Source: Mobula hypostoma
Taxonomy: Eukaryota
Assembly: GCF_963921235.1 (NCBI RefSeq)
Contig: NC_086097.1
Location: 210,368,001-210,432,000 of the forward strand
Direction of reading: 5' to 3'
DNA: 64,000 bases
Part shown: in pieces, positions 13,455 through 25,492 of the stretch
Position numbering within the stretch: position 1 is the first letter of the stretch
Layout of the letters: each line of letters begins with the position of its first letter
Translations under genes and position numbers: made by a program
Notes under the pieces: generated by a model
Seen by the model: the letters and a program-made list of their open reading frames with translations, nothing else
Told to the model about the DNA's origin: nothing
The model's database searches: none

Positions 13455-14019
13455 AAAACAGCTTATACTGAGATCAGTGACAAGTAAGGAAAGAGTAAAT
13501 TATTGACCTGTTGTGAGCGACAATAATTGAGCAGCACAGAAGCTGGAACTAAGAATTATAGAAGTGTTTATTCGCACAATAAACCGCCAGGAGAATCCAG
13601 GGGAATATCACTGTCCTGAAATTATGTTTTATAGTTCTTCAACACAAAGATAACAATAAATGATTAGCTACAATTTCAATTGCCATAATTACTAACAAAT
13701 TTTAACATTTGGAATATAGTCAGGCAAATTTACAGATTTACATATTTACAATGGCGGCACATCCCAACTAGCAGAACCCCTTTGACTGTTCACTACTGGT
13801 GTCTGTTCTAAAAGCTAGGCAAATAGTATGAAATATTTACAACTGTCAAACTAGATTCTACTACTAAAGGTAAATGCGTAACTGCCTAATTAATCCATAG
13901 GTAACATGATTAAAATAACCTATAATGAAAGTGACACATACATAATTACAAGGTAAAGTGGAAAACTAAACTGGGTTATGGTGACTGAATATGTTTTATT
14001 TATTTATATTTATTTATTT

Positions 14020-14290
14020 TTTTGAGATGCAGAACAGAATTAACCCTTCTAGCCCTTCAAGCCGCACCGCCCAGCAATCCCCTATTCAACCCTCACCTAA
14101 TCACGGGACGATTTACAATGGCCAATAAACCTAAAAACTGATTATGTGTTTGGATTGTGAGAGGAAACCAGAACACCTGAAGGAAACCCAGGCAGTCACG
14201 GGGAGAACGTACAAACTCCTTACAGACAGCGGGAGGTGTTGAACCCCGGTCGCTGGTACTGTAAAGTGTTGTGCTAACAACGAGGGTACC
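14020..14290 (-). mobile_element. tRNA-derived V-SINE (HE1-like)
   Basis: The reverse strand has a B-box-like ggttcaac and the V-domain-like gggtttcctt..ggtgttctggtttcctctcacaatccaaac. Confidence 0.65.
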
Positions 14291-14582
14291 GTTTATTTAC
14301 ATGGTTTTATATTTCATAATTCAGTTGATGTTTTGCAATTGTGTTCTAAAATGTATTTAATCTTCTTGCAGTAAATGAAACCCCATGGTTTTACATAGGA
14401 CAAAACAAAAAATAATATAGATATAAGGGAAAAGCCATGGACATGAACTAGTTATGACCAAATCTGCAACTGTACTCAATATACCATACTTCAATTATGG
14501 GAGCTGTTTTCAGTAATTGAGATACTTCTGCAGCACGTGGTATGACTTTTGATATATTGCTGTACTAGTGGCTACTTTTCAA

Positions 14583-14880
14583 GAACATAACATATAGGAG
14601 TAGGAATAGTCCATCTGGCCCGTTGAGCCTGCTCTGCCATTCAATAAGATCATGACTGATCTGGCCATGGACTTATCTCCACCTCCCTGCCTTTTCCCCA
14701 TAACCCTTAATTCCCCTACTATGCAAAAATTGATCCACCCTTGTCTTAAATATATGTACTAAGGTAGCCTCCACTGCTTCATTGGGCAGAGAATTCCACA
14801 GATTCACCACTCTCTGGGAAAAGCAATTTCTGTTCATCTGAATCCTAAATTTACTCCCCTGAATCTTGAGGCTATGTCCC
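14583..14880 (-). mobile_element. CR1 LINE 3' end
   Basis: GHSLKIQGSKFR...FSQRVVNLWNSLP followed by the 3' UTR and tail. Confidence 0.8.
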
Positions 14881-15390
14881 CAAGATTCGGTGATATTTTG
14901 TGTTGGAAGTTGCATTTTTGTTACTTTCTTCAGTGAACATAAATTACATAAATGCTATGGTGTGTCTGGGATGTTGCTGCTTAAGGAAGCAACATGATCC
15001 TAATCAAACGTGAGGTCTCTACATACTGAAGTCACTGGACTTGGTGGTTGTGTTGGTAATCAAGCACATGAAAAGATTCAGCTATTTATCCTGTACCCAG
15101 AGCAAGTGGAGAAGTTCTTGGGAATGAGCAATATCATCAACAACTCAGGAGAACAGAACAATGTGGCAATGTGACAATACATGAAATGAGAAAGGCAGAG
15201 TGTTGGCTGGAGGTAGGTTTGATACTTATGAGAAGCCGGTCAGTTTACTTACAAATTATGCATGGGGTCTAATTCACGGACGTTGTAAAAAACTGGTAAG
15301 GGGATGTTAGATGAGTGCTTTCTGATATGTTTGAGACTTACAAGTTTGGAATGTGTAATGGAGACTGTAACAGAAAGTTAGTGAATACAT

Positions 15391-15630
15391 GCAACACACA
15401 CACAAAATGCTGGAGGAACTCAGCAGGCCAGGCAGCATCTATGGAAAAGAGTAAGCAGTTGACGTTTCAGGCTGAAACTCTTCAGCAGGATTGGAGAAAA
15501 ACGATGAGAAATCAGAGTAAGAAGGTGGGGGGTAGGCAAGGATGAAATACAAGGTAGCAGGTGATAGGTGAAACTGGGAGAGGGGGAGGGGTGAAGTAAA
15601 GAGCTGGGAAGTTGATTGGTGAAAGAGATA
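15391..15630 (-). mobile_element. Penelope pLTR-derived short element with a decayed hammerhead core
   Basis: The reverse strand reads cctgctgaagagtttcagcctgaaacgtcaact...gatgctgcctggcctgctgagttcctccagcattttgtgtg. Confidence 0.75.
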
Positions 15631-16339
15631 AAGGACCAATTCTGTATGGTTCAACTGACTTAACTATCTTCAGAGCTTTCAGTTTCCCAATCATCTTCCC
15701 CCTATTAATGGCAACTTCACTTTCTTCTGTCCCCTGACACTCTCAAACCAGGTGTAACCTGTCCTTTTTGCACAGGTTGTAACTTCCCCAGAAGAGATCC
15801 CAATGATCCAGATATCTGAACCCCTGTCCCCTGCACCAGTTCCTCAGCCACGCATTCATCTGCCAGATCATCCTATTCTTATTCTCACTGGTGTATGGCA
15901 CAGGCAACAATCCAGTGATTACTACCCTGGAGGCCTAGCTTTTCAGCTTTCTACCTAGCTCCCTAAATTCTCTCTTTGGGATCTTCTCACCCTGTCTACG
16001 TATGTTGTTGGTGCCAATATGTACCAAGACTTCTGGCTGCTCATTCGCCTCTCTTAGATCTTGTGAAGTCCCACTGCAGCAGCATCTGAAGGCATGAATC
16101 AGAGAAGGTCATAGGATACAACATCAGACAAACCAGAAATTCAGATCTCAATGAGATGTCCCAAACTGAAGGGCAGTCCTCTTTGAATCACCTGTATTTT
16201 GAGTATCCTTTGGAGAGCAATTTATTTTCTGAGTGACAAAAATGTGTCTGTTGAATGATGTTCCTGTACAATTGAAAGGTTAATACAGCTACTTTTTCAT
16301 TTCAGAACACCATAACCAGCATGTGTATCAATAGTACAG

Positions 16340-17420
16340 CACAGTCTGTTGTGAAAAGCATCATCAATGTCAAATTCCTGGGTGTCAGTATCCCCGAGGG
16401 TCTATTCTGAATCCAACATATTGATGAAATGACAAAGACGGCATGACAACGGCTATACTTCATTAGGAGTTTGAGGATAATTGGCATGTCTACAGATTTC
16501 TATGGATATACTGTGGAGAGCATTCTAACTGGTAGCATCACCATCTGGTATAGAGGTGCCACCTCCCAGGCTTGGAAAAAGTGACAGAAAGTTGTAAACT
16601 CAGCCAGCTCCATCGTGGATACTAGCCTCCCCAAAAGGTGATGTCTCAAAAAGCTGGCTTCCATCATTAAGGACCCCCATGCCCTTTTCTCATAGCTACA
16701 ATCAAGGAAGAGATACAGGAGCCTGAAGACACACAGTCAGGAGCACCTTCTGCCCCTCTGCCATCAGATTTATGAATGGACAATAAGCCCATGAACACTA
16801 CCTCAGTTTTCCCCCTCTTTCTGCAGTGCTTATCTACTTTAGTAATATACTTCTTGTTTTAATTTATAGTTTTTATTATTATGTATTCCAGTGTGCTGCT
16901 GCTGCAGAACAACAAATTGCACAACACATGCCAGCGATGTTACCTGATTCTAATTCTGAAATACCTCAGTCTTTTGAGGCAAAGTGAAATGACTTTAGGC
17001 ACCAATGTAGGAAGGCCTCTCCTATTTATTTGGAAATACATCTTCAAGGAGCAGTGCCTCAGGAAGGTGGCAGACATCATTAAGGACTCTCACCACTCAG
17101 GACATGCCCTCTTCTCAATGATACCATCAAGAAGGAGGTACAGAAGCCTGAAGGCACACAATCAGTGATTCAGGAAAAGCTTCTTCCCCTCTGCAGTCTG
17201 ATTTCAAATTGGACATTGAACCCATGAACATTACCTCATTACTTTCTTGTTACTTATTTCTGTTTTTACACTGTTTATTTTATCTTAACTATCTAATATA
17301 CATATACGCATATACTTACTGCAATTCAGTAATTTTCTATATTTATCATGTATTGCATTGTATTGCTGCCGCAAAGTTTACAAATGTCACAACATATGCC
17401 AGTAATATTAAACCTGTTTA
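16340..17420 (+). mobile_element. Two tandem Rex/L2-group LINE 3' fragments
   Basis: KFLGV..., ESILTGSITIWY and IIKDSHHSGHALFS...RRYRSLK motifs occur with the same 3' UTR twice. Confidence 0.7.
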
Positions 17421-19291
17421 ATAGCTGTATACATGTTTCTTGCCCTAGTAAATAGTAATAGAGAAGAGCCACGGAAGTGATAGATAGGAGAGATTTTAAA
17501 TCACGAAAAGTTGTGCTGATATTTGTACATTAGCCCATTGGATGGTAAGGTGGGTTCAGTTGAGCTGCTCATAGCATCTTCACTTCTGGATATTGGGTAT
17601 TTTCTAATACTTTGAAGTTTATAATGTTCATTTGTATTTTTTTCTGCTATGCTTTCTCCTACATTTGTTGACTAATAGTTCTGATCTGTACCTTTACCAT
17701 CTTTTGGATATGTTTTTATAAGGTTCTGTTCATTCAGCCTGTGAGCAATGCCATGGAATTTGAACTAGACTAATTCAAAAGAGCAACGAGAATTTATATG
17801 CAACTGATAGTTATAATAAAATGTTTCATTGCTTTAACTTCAAAACACCATTCAACAAGGCTTTTGGTAGCATCTCAGACACTCCTATACATGGAATGCT
17901 TTTGAGTTAGGGATTCCCAAAGTCAATGGGGATGTTGATTTCATTCATGGAGGTTTTCAGGACATTATTGATTCTTCTGTCGACCAGCTTCATCGTCTCC
18001 CATGTCAGAGCTCCAAGATAGAGTCACAAGAGTCTTGCAGATCAAAAACCTAAATACAGTTTAGTTGAGGAACCAATGGGTCAAGAAGCATCTGTAGAGG
18101 AAAAGGGGATGGTCAATATTCAGGATGAGACTTTGCATCAGGTCTTGACCTAAAATGTTGATTTTCCCTCATCCCGCACAGATCTACTTGACCTGTAGAG
18201 TTCCTCCAGCAGTTTGATATAGAGTGTTTTAGTGTTTGATGGTGGATCTCCATACAACATGACTTGGCTAAAGGAGTGGACTGAATGTTATTCATACCTC
18301 AGTGCCTGGGAAAGGTCTCTTATGTAGATTCAGTTATCCTTAAGTGAATTTACGATTTTTCACAATGCAGCATTGGTGTTATCTTTTCAGCGTCCTGTGG
18401 TGCCTGGTCTAGGTAGTATAAGTCTCAGGAACACACAGAAGAGTGTACAAAAGTGGTTAACCAAGAGTTGTATGCCATTTTTGAGTTCTTTATCTTCAAA
18501 CACACTTTTCCTCAATAGACCAAAATACCTGTTGATGCATTGAAGAAATGGTGAATTTCAGTATTGAAATCTGCCTTCACTGAATGGTGTTTTTCAAGAT
18601 ATGAGAAATGGTTTAAATATTCCAGGAATTTACTACTTTATACTTTATACGTTACTGTCGCCAAACAATTGATACTAGAACGTACAATCATCACAGCGAT
18701 ATTTAATTCTGCGCTTCCCGCTCCCTGGAGTACAAATCGATAGTAAATATTAAAAATATAAATTATAAATCATAAATGGGAAATAGAAAATGGAAGGTAA
18801 GGTATTGCAAAAAAGCCAAGAGGTAGGTCCAGATATTTGGAGGGTATGGCCCAGATCCGGGTCAGGATCCGCTCAGCAGTCTTATCACAGTTGGAAAGAA
18901 GCTGTTCCTAAATCTGGCCGTACGAGTCTTCAAGCTCATGAGCCTTCTCCCGGAGGGAAGAGGGACGAAAAGTGTGTTGGCTGGGTGGGTCGTGTCCTTG
19001 ATTATCCTGGCAGCACTGCTCTGATAGCGTGTGGTGTAAAGTGAGTCCAAGGACAGAAGATTGGTTTGTGTGATGTGTTGCACCGTGTTCACGATCTTCT
19101 GCAGCTTCTTCCGGTCTTGGACAGGACAACTTCCATACCAGGTTGTGATGCACCCAAGAAGAATGCTTTCTACGGTGCATCTATAAAAATTAGTGAGGAT
19201 TTTAGGGGACAGGCCAAATTTCTTTAGTTTTCTCGGTAAGGTGCTGGTGGGCCTTCTTGGCAGTGGACTCTGCTTGGTTGGTCCAAGTCAG

Positions 19292-22077
19292 AAACACAAA
19301 ATAATTTGCAGATGCTGTTGTCAAAGGAACACTCACAATGCACTGGAGGAACTCAGCAGGTCAGACAGCATCAGTTGAAAAGATTAGTCAACGTTTCAGG
19401 CCGAAACCCTTCGTCAGGACTGAAGGAAGAACTTTGGGGAGGGTTTGAAGAATGCTGGTAGTTGAAAAAAACAGTAATTTGAAAGACAAAGGAGTGGGGG
19501 AGGGGAAGCAGGGAGGTGATTGGCAGGAGAACAATGCGCAGTAGTAGAAGGAGGCGGAACTATGAGGGAGGTGATGTGAAATAGGGATAGAGGAAGGGAG
19601 GGGGAGGGAATTACCGGAAGTTGGAGAATTCTATGTTCATACCAAGGGGCTGGAGACTACCTAGACGGTACATGAGGTGTTGCTCCTCCAACCTGAGTTT
19701 AGCCTCATCATGGTAGTAGAGGAGGCCATGTATGGACATACCTGAATGGGAATGGGAAGCAGACTTGAAGTAGGTGGCTACCGGGAGATCCTGTCTGTTG
19801 TGGCGGATGGAGTGGAGGTGCTCGACGAAGCGGTCCCCCATTCTGCGTCGGGTTTCACTGATGTAGAGGAGGCCACACCGGGAGCACTGTATGCAATAGG
19901 TGACCCCAACAGACTTGCAAGTGAAGTTTTGCCTCACCTGGAAGGACTGTTTGGGGCCCTGAATGGTGGCAAGAGAGGAGGTGTAGGGACAGGTGTAGCA
20001 CTTACACTTACAGGGATAAGTGCCGGGTGGAAGATCCGTGGGGATGGATGTGCGGATAAGTGAGTCGCGGAGGGATCGATCCCTGCGGAAAGCGGAGAGG
20101 AGTGGAGAGGGAAAGATGTGCTTAGTGGTGGGCTCCTGTTGAAGGTGGCGGAAGTTGCGGAGGATAATGTGCTGGATCCGGAGGCTGGTGGGGTGGTAGG
20201 TGAGGACAAGGGGAACTCTGTCCCTGTTGTGATGGCAGGAAGATGGGGTGAGGGCCGAAGTGCGGGAAATGGAGGAGATGCAGGTGAGGGCATCATTGAT
20301 CACCGTAGAAGGGAAACCACGATCCTTAAAGAAAGAGGACATTTGAGTGTCCTGGAACGGAAAGCCTCATCCTGGGAGCAGGTGCGGCGGAGACGGAGGA
20401 ACTGGGAATAGGGAATGGCATTTTTGCATGTGGCGGGGTGGGAAGAGGTATAGTCGAGGTAGATATGAGAGTCAGTGGGCTTGTAGAAGATGTCAGTGAA
20501 TAGTCTGTCTCCAGAGATGGCGACCGAGACATCGAGAAAGGGGAGAGAAGTATTGATGAAATTGATGAGCTCAGCATGGGTGCAGGAAGCAGCACCAATG
20601 TAGTCGTCAATGTATCGAAGGAAAAGTTGGGGAGCAGTACCAGAATAGGTTTGGAGCACAAACTGTTCCACAGAACCAATGAAGAGGCAAGCGTAGCTGG
20701 GTCCCATGTGAGTTCCCATAGCTACACCCTTAGTCTGAAGAAAGTGGGAAGAGCCAAAAGAGAAGTTATTAAGTGTGAGAACCAGTTCCGCCAATCGGAG
20801 GAGGGTAGTGGTGGTGGGGAACTGGTGAGGTCTATTATCCAGGAAGTAGCGGAGGGCTTTGAGATCTTCTTGATGGGGAATGGAGGTGTATAATGATTGG
20901 ACATCCATAGTCAAAATGAAGCGGTTGGGACCGGGGAACTGGAAGTTATTGAAGAGGTGGAGGGCATGGGATGTATCCCGGATGTAGGTGGGGAGAGACT
21001 GAACTATGGGTGACAAAATTGAGTCCAGGTAGCCAGATACAAGTTTGGCTGGACAGGAGCAGGCAGAAACTATGGGTCTACCAGGACAGTCAGGCTTGTG
21101 TATCTTTGGGAGGAGGTAAAACCGAGCGGTACGGGGTGTGGGAATAATGAGTTTAACGGCTGAGGATGGAAGGTCTCCGGAGTTGATAAAGGCGGTGATT
21201 GTGCGGGAGACAATGGTTTGATGTTTTTTGGTGGGGTCCTGTTCCAGGGGTAAGTAAGAGGAGGTGTCAGAGAGCTGCCGTTTGGCACCACCTTTGTCAA
21301 CAGGTTTGATGGTGAGGTTGGGATTAGTGCGGAGAGAGTGGAGGGCAGTGCGTTCAGAGGGAGTGAGGTTGGAACAAGAGAGAGGAGTGGTGAAGTTGAG
21401 ATGGTTGATGTCTTGGCAACAGTTGGAGATGAAGAGATTGAGTGCAGGTAGAAGGCCCGGGCGGGGTGTCCAGGAGGAGGATGAGGGTTGAAGACAGGAG
21501 AAGTGGTCATCAGTAGGCGGAGGGGAATCCTTGCCAAAGAAGTAGGCTCAGAGACATAGGCGACGGAAGAAGAGTTCAACATCATGGCGGGCACGGAACT
21601 CACTGAGGTGTGGACGGATGGGGACAAAAGTGAGGCCCTTGCTAAGGACAGAACGTTCTACCTCAGAGAGGGGAAGGTCAGAGGGGATGGTGAAGACATG
21701 GCAATAGTTGGGCTGGGGTTGGAGGAGGGTGAAGAGTGGGAGGTCTCAGGAGGGACAGGAGGGTTGGGATGTTCAGGGAAAGCGGGGTTAGGGGAGGATG
21801 AGGAATCAGAGGAATGGATGGACGATGAGGGGTAGAGGGATGTTTGGGAGTCGATGGGAGGGAAGAGGGTAGTGGGGGAATAGGATAGGCGGTGGGACCC
21901 AGTGGGCAGTAAGAGCGGTTCCGGTTTGGAGAGTTTCAGGACCTCCGTAGCAGCTGGATCCTAAACTTGGCGTGGCGGAGACTGTATCCTGCAGGGCCCC
22001 AGAACTGAGGTCGGAGTCGGAAGCTAGTGAGATCATGGCTTGCCGGGGGCTAGTTCCCCTTTTCGGGAGGCGGTGGT
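19292..22077 (-). mobile_element. Penelope-like element (Neptune-type), 5'-truncated inverted arm with RT and GIY-YIG
   Basis: RT motifs TMDVQSLYTSIP, GVAMGT, FLRYIDD. Endonuclease GVTYCIQC..C..LYISET. It is the reverse complement of the plus arm from about 22734 onward, with two short internal deletions. Confidence 0.92.
19386..19421 (-). ncRNA. Second hammerhead ribozyme motif, in the inverted arm
   Basis: The reverse strand reads AGTC-CTGACGA-AGGG-TTTCGG-CCT-GAAAC-GTT-GACT. Confidence 0.72.
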
Positions 22078-24814
22078 GAGTGTTCCTTTGACAACAGCAT
22101 CTGCAGATTATTTTGTGTTTATGATTTGGTACTCTGCTGCGAAGTCTCTTCAAGGTATGCCTACCCTGAAGAAGTTTAAATCCTCTCTTCGACGGGAGTT
22201 CAGTGAGACCCTCTCTCACTGCTCCCCCTCTGTGATCTCTGTCTCTCTCCGACTCTTCGACCACATCCTGAGTCAGACCCGCTACCACAGCCACGTCTCC
22301 TTCCTGGGAACGTGTCTCCGCCGCCATCTGTTACCGCAGGAATTCCAGCTCCGGTTCCAGGCCTCCCAGTTCGGACCCAGCGAGGATCCTAGGTACTTCC
22401 GTTTCATTGACCGCTGCTCCCGCAGGATTCTCCGCGCCACGCTTGCTGCCATGCGAAGATACCTAAGAGCCCTGTCCCTCTCTCTGCCACCACTCTGGGC
22501 CTCGCTCTCCACCGTCTGCCATGGACTTCTCCTACACTTCATTCTCCGCCGGATTCACACCTCCAACCGCCGTTTCTTCTCCTTCCTCACGTCCAAGAAG
22601 GACAACAAGCTCTCCCGCCTGGAGCCCATGACAACGACCGGCTCCAGCCCGGACCCCGACCCCTTGGACCTCGACTTCTCAGGTCTTCAGTAGGCCGGAG
22701 ACCCACCCGCCTCTGATTCTGACCCCGACTGGAACCACCGCCTCCTGAAAAGGGGAACCAGCTCCCGGCGAGCCATGAACTCACCCGCTTCCGACTCCGA
22801 CCTCAGTTCTGGTGCCCTGCAGGATACAGTCTCCGCCACGCCAAGTTTAGGATCCAGCTGCTATGGAGCTCCCGAAACTCTCCAAACTGGAACTGCTCTT
22901 ACTGCCGCTGGGTCCCACCGCCTATCCTATTCCCCCACTACCCTCTTTCCTCCGTTCGACTCCCAAACATCCCTCTACCCCTCATCGTCCATCCATTCCT
23001 CTGATTCCTCATCCTCCTCTAACCCCGCTCTCCCTGAACATCCCAACCCTCCTGTCCCTCTTGAGTCCTCCCACTCTTCACCCTCCTCCGACCCCAGCCC
23101 CAACCCTTGCCGTGTCTTCACCATCCCCTCTGACCTTCCCCTCTCTGAGGCAGAACGTTCTGTCCTTAGCAAGGGCCTCACTTTTGTCCCCCTCCATCTA
23201 CACTTCAATGAGTTCCGTGCCCGCTATGATGTTGAACTCTTCTTCCATCGCCTACGTCTCCGAGCCTACTTCTTTGGCAAGGATTCCCCTCCCCCTACTG
23301 ATGACCCCTTCTCCTGTCTTCAACCCTCCTCCTCCTGAACCCCCCGCCCGGGCCTTCTACCTGCACTCGATCTCTTCATCTCCAACTGTCGCCGAGACAT
23401 CAACCGTCTCAACTTCACCACTCCTCTCTCCTGTTGCAACCTCACTCCCTCTGAACGCACTGCCCTCCACTCTCTCCGCACTAATCCCAACCTCACCATC
23501 AAACCCGCAGACAAAGGTGGTGCCATAGTAGTCTGGCAGACGGACCTCTACCTCACTGAGGCCAAACAGCAGCTCTCTGACACCTCCTCTTACTTACCCC
23601 TGGAACAGGACCCCACCAAAAAACATCAAACCATTGTCTCCCGTACCATCACCGCCTTTATCAACTCCGGAGACCTTCCATCCTCAGCCGCTAAACTCAT
23701 TATTCCCACACCCCGTACCGCTCGGTTTTACCTCCTCCCAAAGATACACAAGCCTGACTGTCCAGGTAGACCCATAGTTTCTGCCTGCTCCTGTCCCACC
23801 GAACTTGTATCTGCCTACCTGGACTCCATTTTGTCACCCATAGTTCAGTCCCTCCCCACCTATATCCGCAATACATCCCATGCCCTCCACCTCTTCAATA
23901 ACTTCCAGTTCCCCGGTCCCAACTACTTCATTTTCACTATGGATGTCCAATCCTTATACACCTCCATTCCCCATCAAGAAGGCCTCAAAGCCTCCCGCTA
24001 CTTCCTGGATAACAGACCTCACCACCACCACTACCCTCCTCTGGTTGGCGGAACTGGTTCTCACACTTAATAACTTCCCTTTTGGCTCTTCCCACTTTCT
24101 TCAGACTAAGGGTGTAGCTATGGGAACTTGCATGGGACCCAGCTACGCCTGCCTCTTCGTTGGTTATGTGGAACAGTCTGTGCTCCAAACCTATTCTGGT
24201 ACTGCTCCCCAACTTTTCCTTCAGTACATTGACGACTACACTGGTGCTGCTTCCTGCATCCATGCTGAGCTCATCAATTTCATTTACTTTACTTCAAACT
24301 TCCACTCAGCCCTCAAATTCACTTGGTCTATCTCTGACACTTCTCTCCCCTTTCTCGATGTCTCAGTCTCCATCTCTGGAGACAGACTGTCCACTGACAT
24401 CTTCTACAAGCCCACTGACTCTCATAACTACCTCTGTCACAATGGCGGGGCATTGGGAGCAAGGGTGGATCCAAATGCAAGACACATCTTGTGAGGTTAC
24501 TTAGATTTAGTTTATTGTTCGATACCAGGAGAGCAAGGCAGGAGCAGGAGTAGCGAACTGGACAAGGACTCAGGACTACGACTAGGCTGGGCCCAAGGGT
24601 TTGGGCTTGGACTCGGAATCGGCTCCCAGAACTAGAGGAGACATGAAGAGGCTAGGGTATGGACTCCGAGCCAGAGACTGGGCAAGGACCCAGTACCTGG
24701 GTCTTGCCTCGGGCTCGGACCCCAGAACCAGGCAAGGACATGACATGGGCTAGGGAGAGGAGGAACATGGAAAACAGGTCTCGGGGAGCAGGTACATGGA
24801 ACCATGAACACATA

Positions 24815-25133
24815 CACAGAACACAGAGTTGGGACCCCTCCTTGGGTACAGGACATAGGGCTGGGACTCACACACAGAACAGAGAGCCGGGACCCCCCCT
24901 TGCGTACAGGACATAGGGCCGGGACTCATGACCCCCCGCGGGGCAACGGCAAGACGGCCTGACTTACCCCATGGAGGCAAGGACAAGATAAGACAGAACA
25001 TGACCCCTCACAGGGCAATGGCAAGATGGCCTGACGTACCCCACGGAGGTGAGGACAAGACACGACGAGACATGACCCCCTGCGGGGCAACGGCAAGACG
25101 GCCTGACTTACCCCACGGAGGCGAGGACAAGAC
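24815..25133. repeat. Tandem repeats within the solo LTR (about 52 bp x2, about 70 bp x3); a further about 30 bp x4 array at 25680-25810
   Basis: catgacccc...gggcaacggcaagacggcctgacttaccccacggaggcgaggacaaga recurs three times; gccagggccaggacttgact recurs four times. Confidence 0.85.
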
Positions 25134-25492
25134 AATAAGACCATAAGACCATAAGACAAAGGAGCAGAAGTTGGCCATTCGGCCCATTGAGTCTGCTCCG
25201 CCATTTTATCATGAGCTGATCCATTCTCCCATTTAGTCCCACTCCCCCGCCTTCTCACCATAACCTTTGATGCCCTGGCTACTCAGATACCTATAAATCT
25301 CTGCCTTAAATTCACCCAATGACTTGGCCTCCACTGCTGCCATAGATTCATCACCCTTTGATTAAAAAAATTTCTTCGCATTTCTGTTCTGAATGGGCGC
25401 CCTTCAATCCTTAAGTTATACCCTCTTGTACTGGACTCCCCCATCATGGGAAACAACTTTGCCACGTCCACTCTGTCCATGTCTTTCAACAT
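25134..25492 (-). mobile_element. CR1 3' fragment nested in the solo LTR
   Basis: (ATAAGACC)n tail on the plus strand; peptide DRVDVAKLFP...FRTEMRRNFFNQRV. Confidence 0.85.

Noticed and set aside
23336..23338. In-frame TGA in the Penelope ORF as possible selenocysteine recoding, as reported for some Naiad elements
   Set aside because: The inverted arm has TGG (Trp) at the same position, so this is a simple nonsense mutation.
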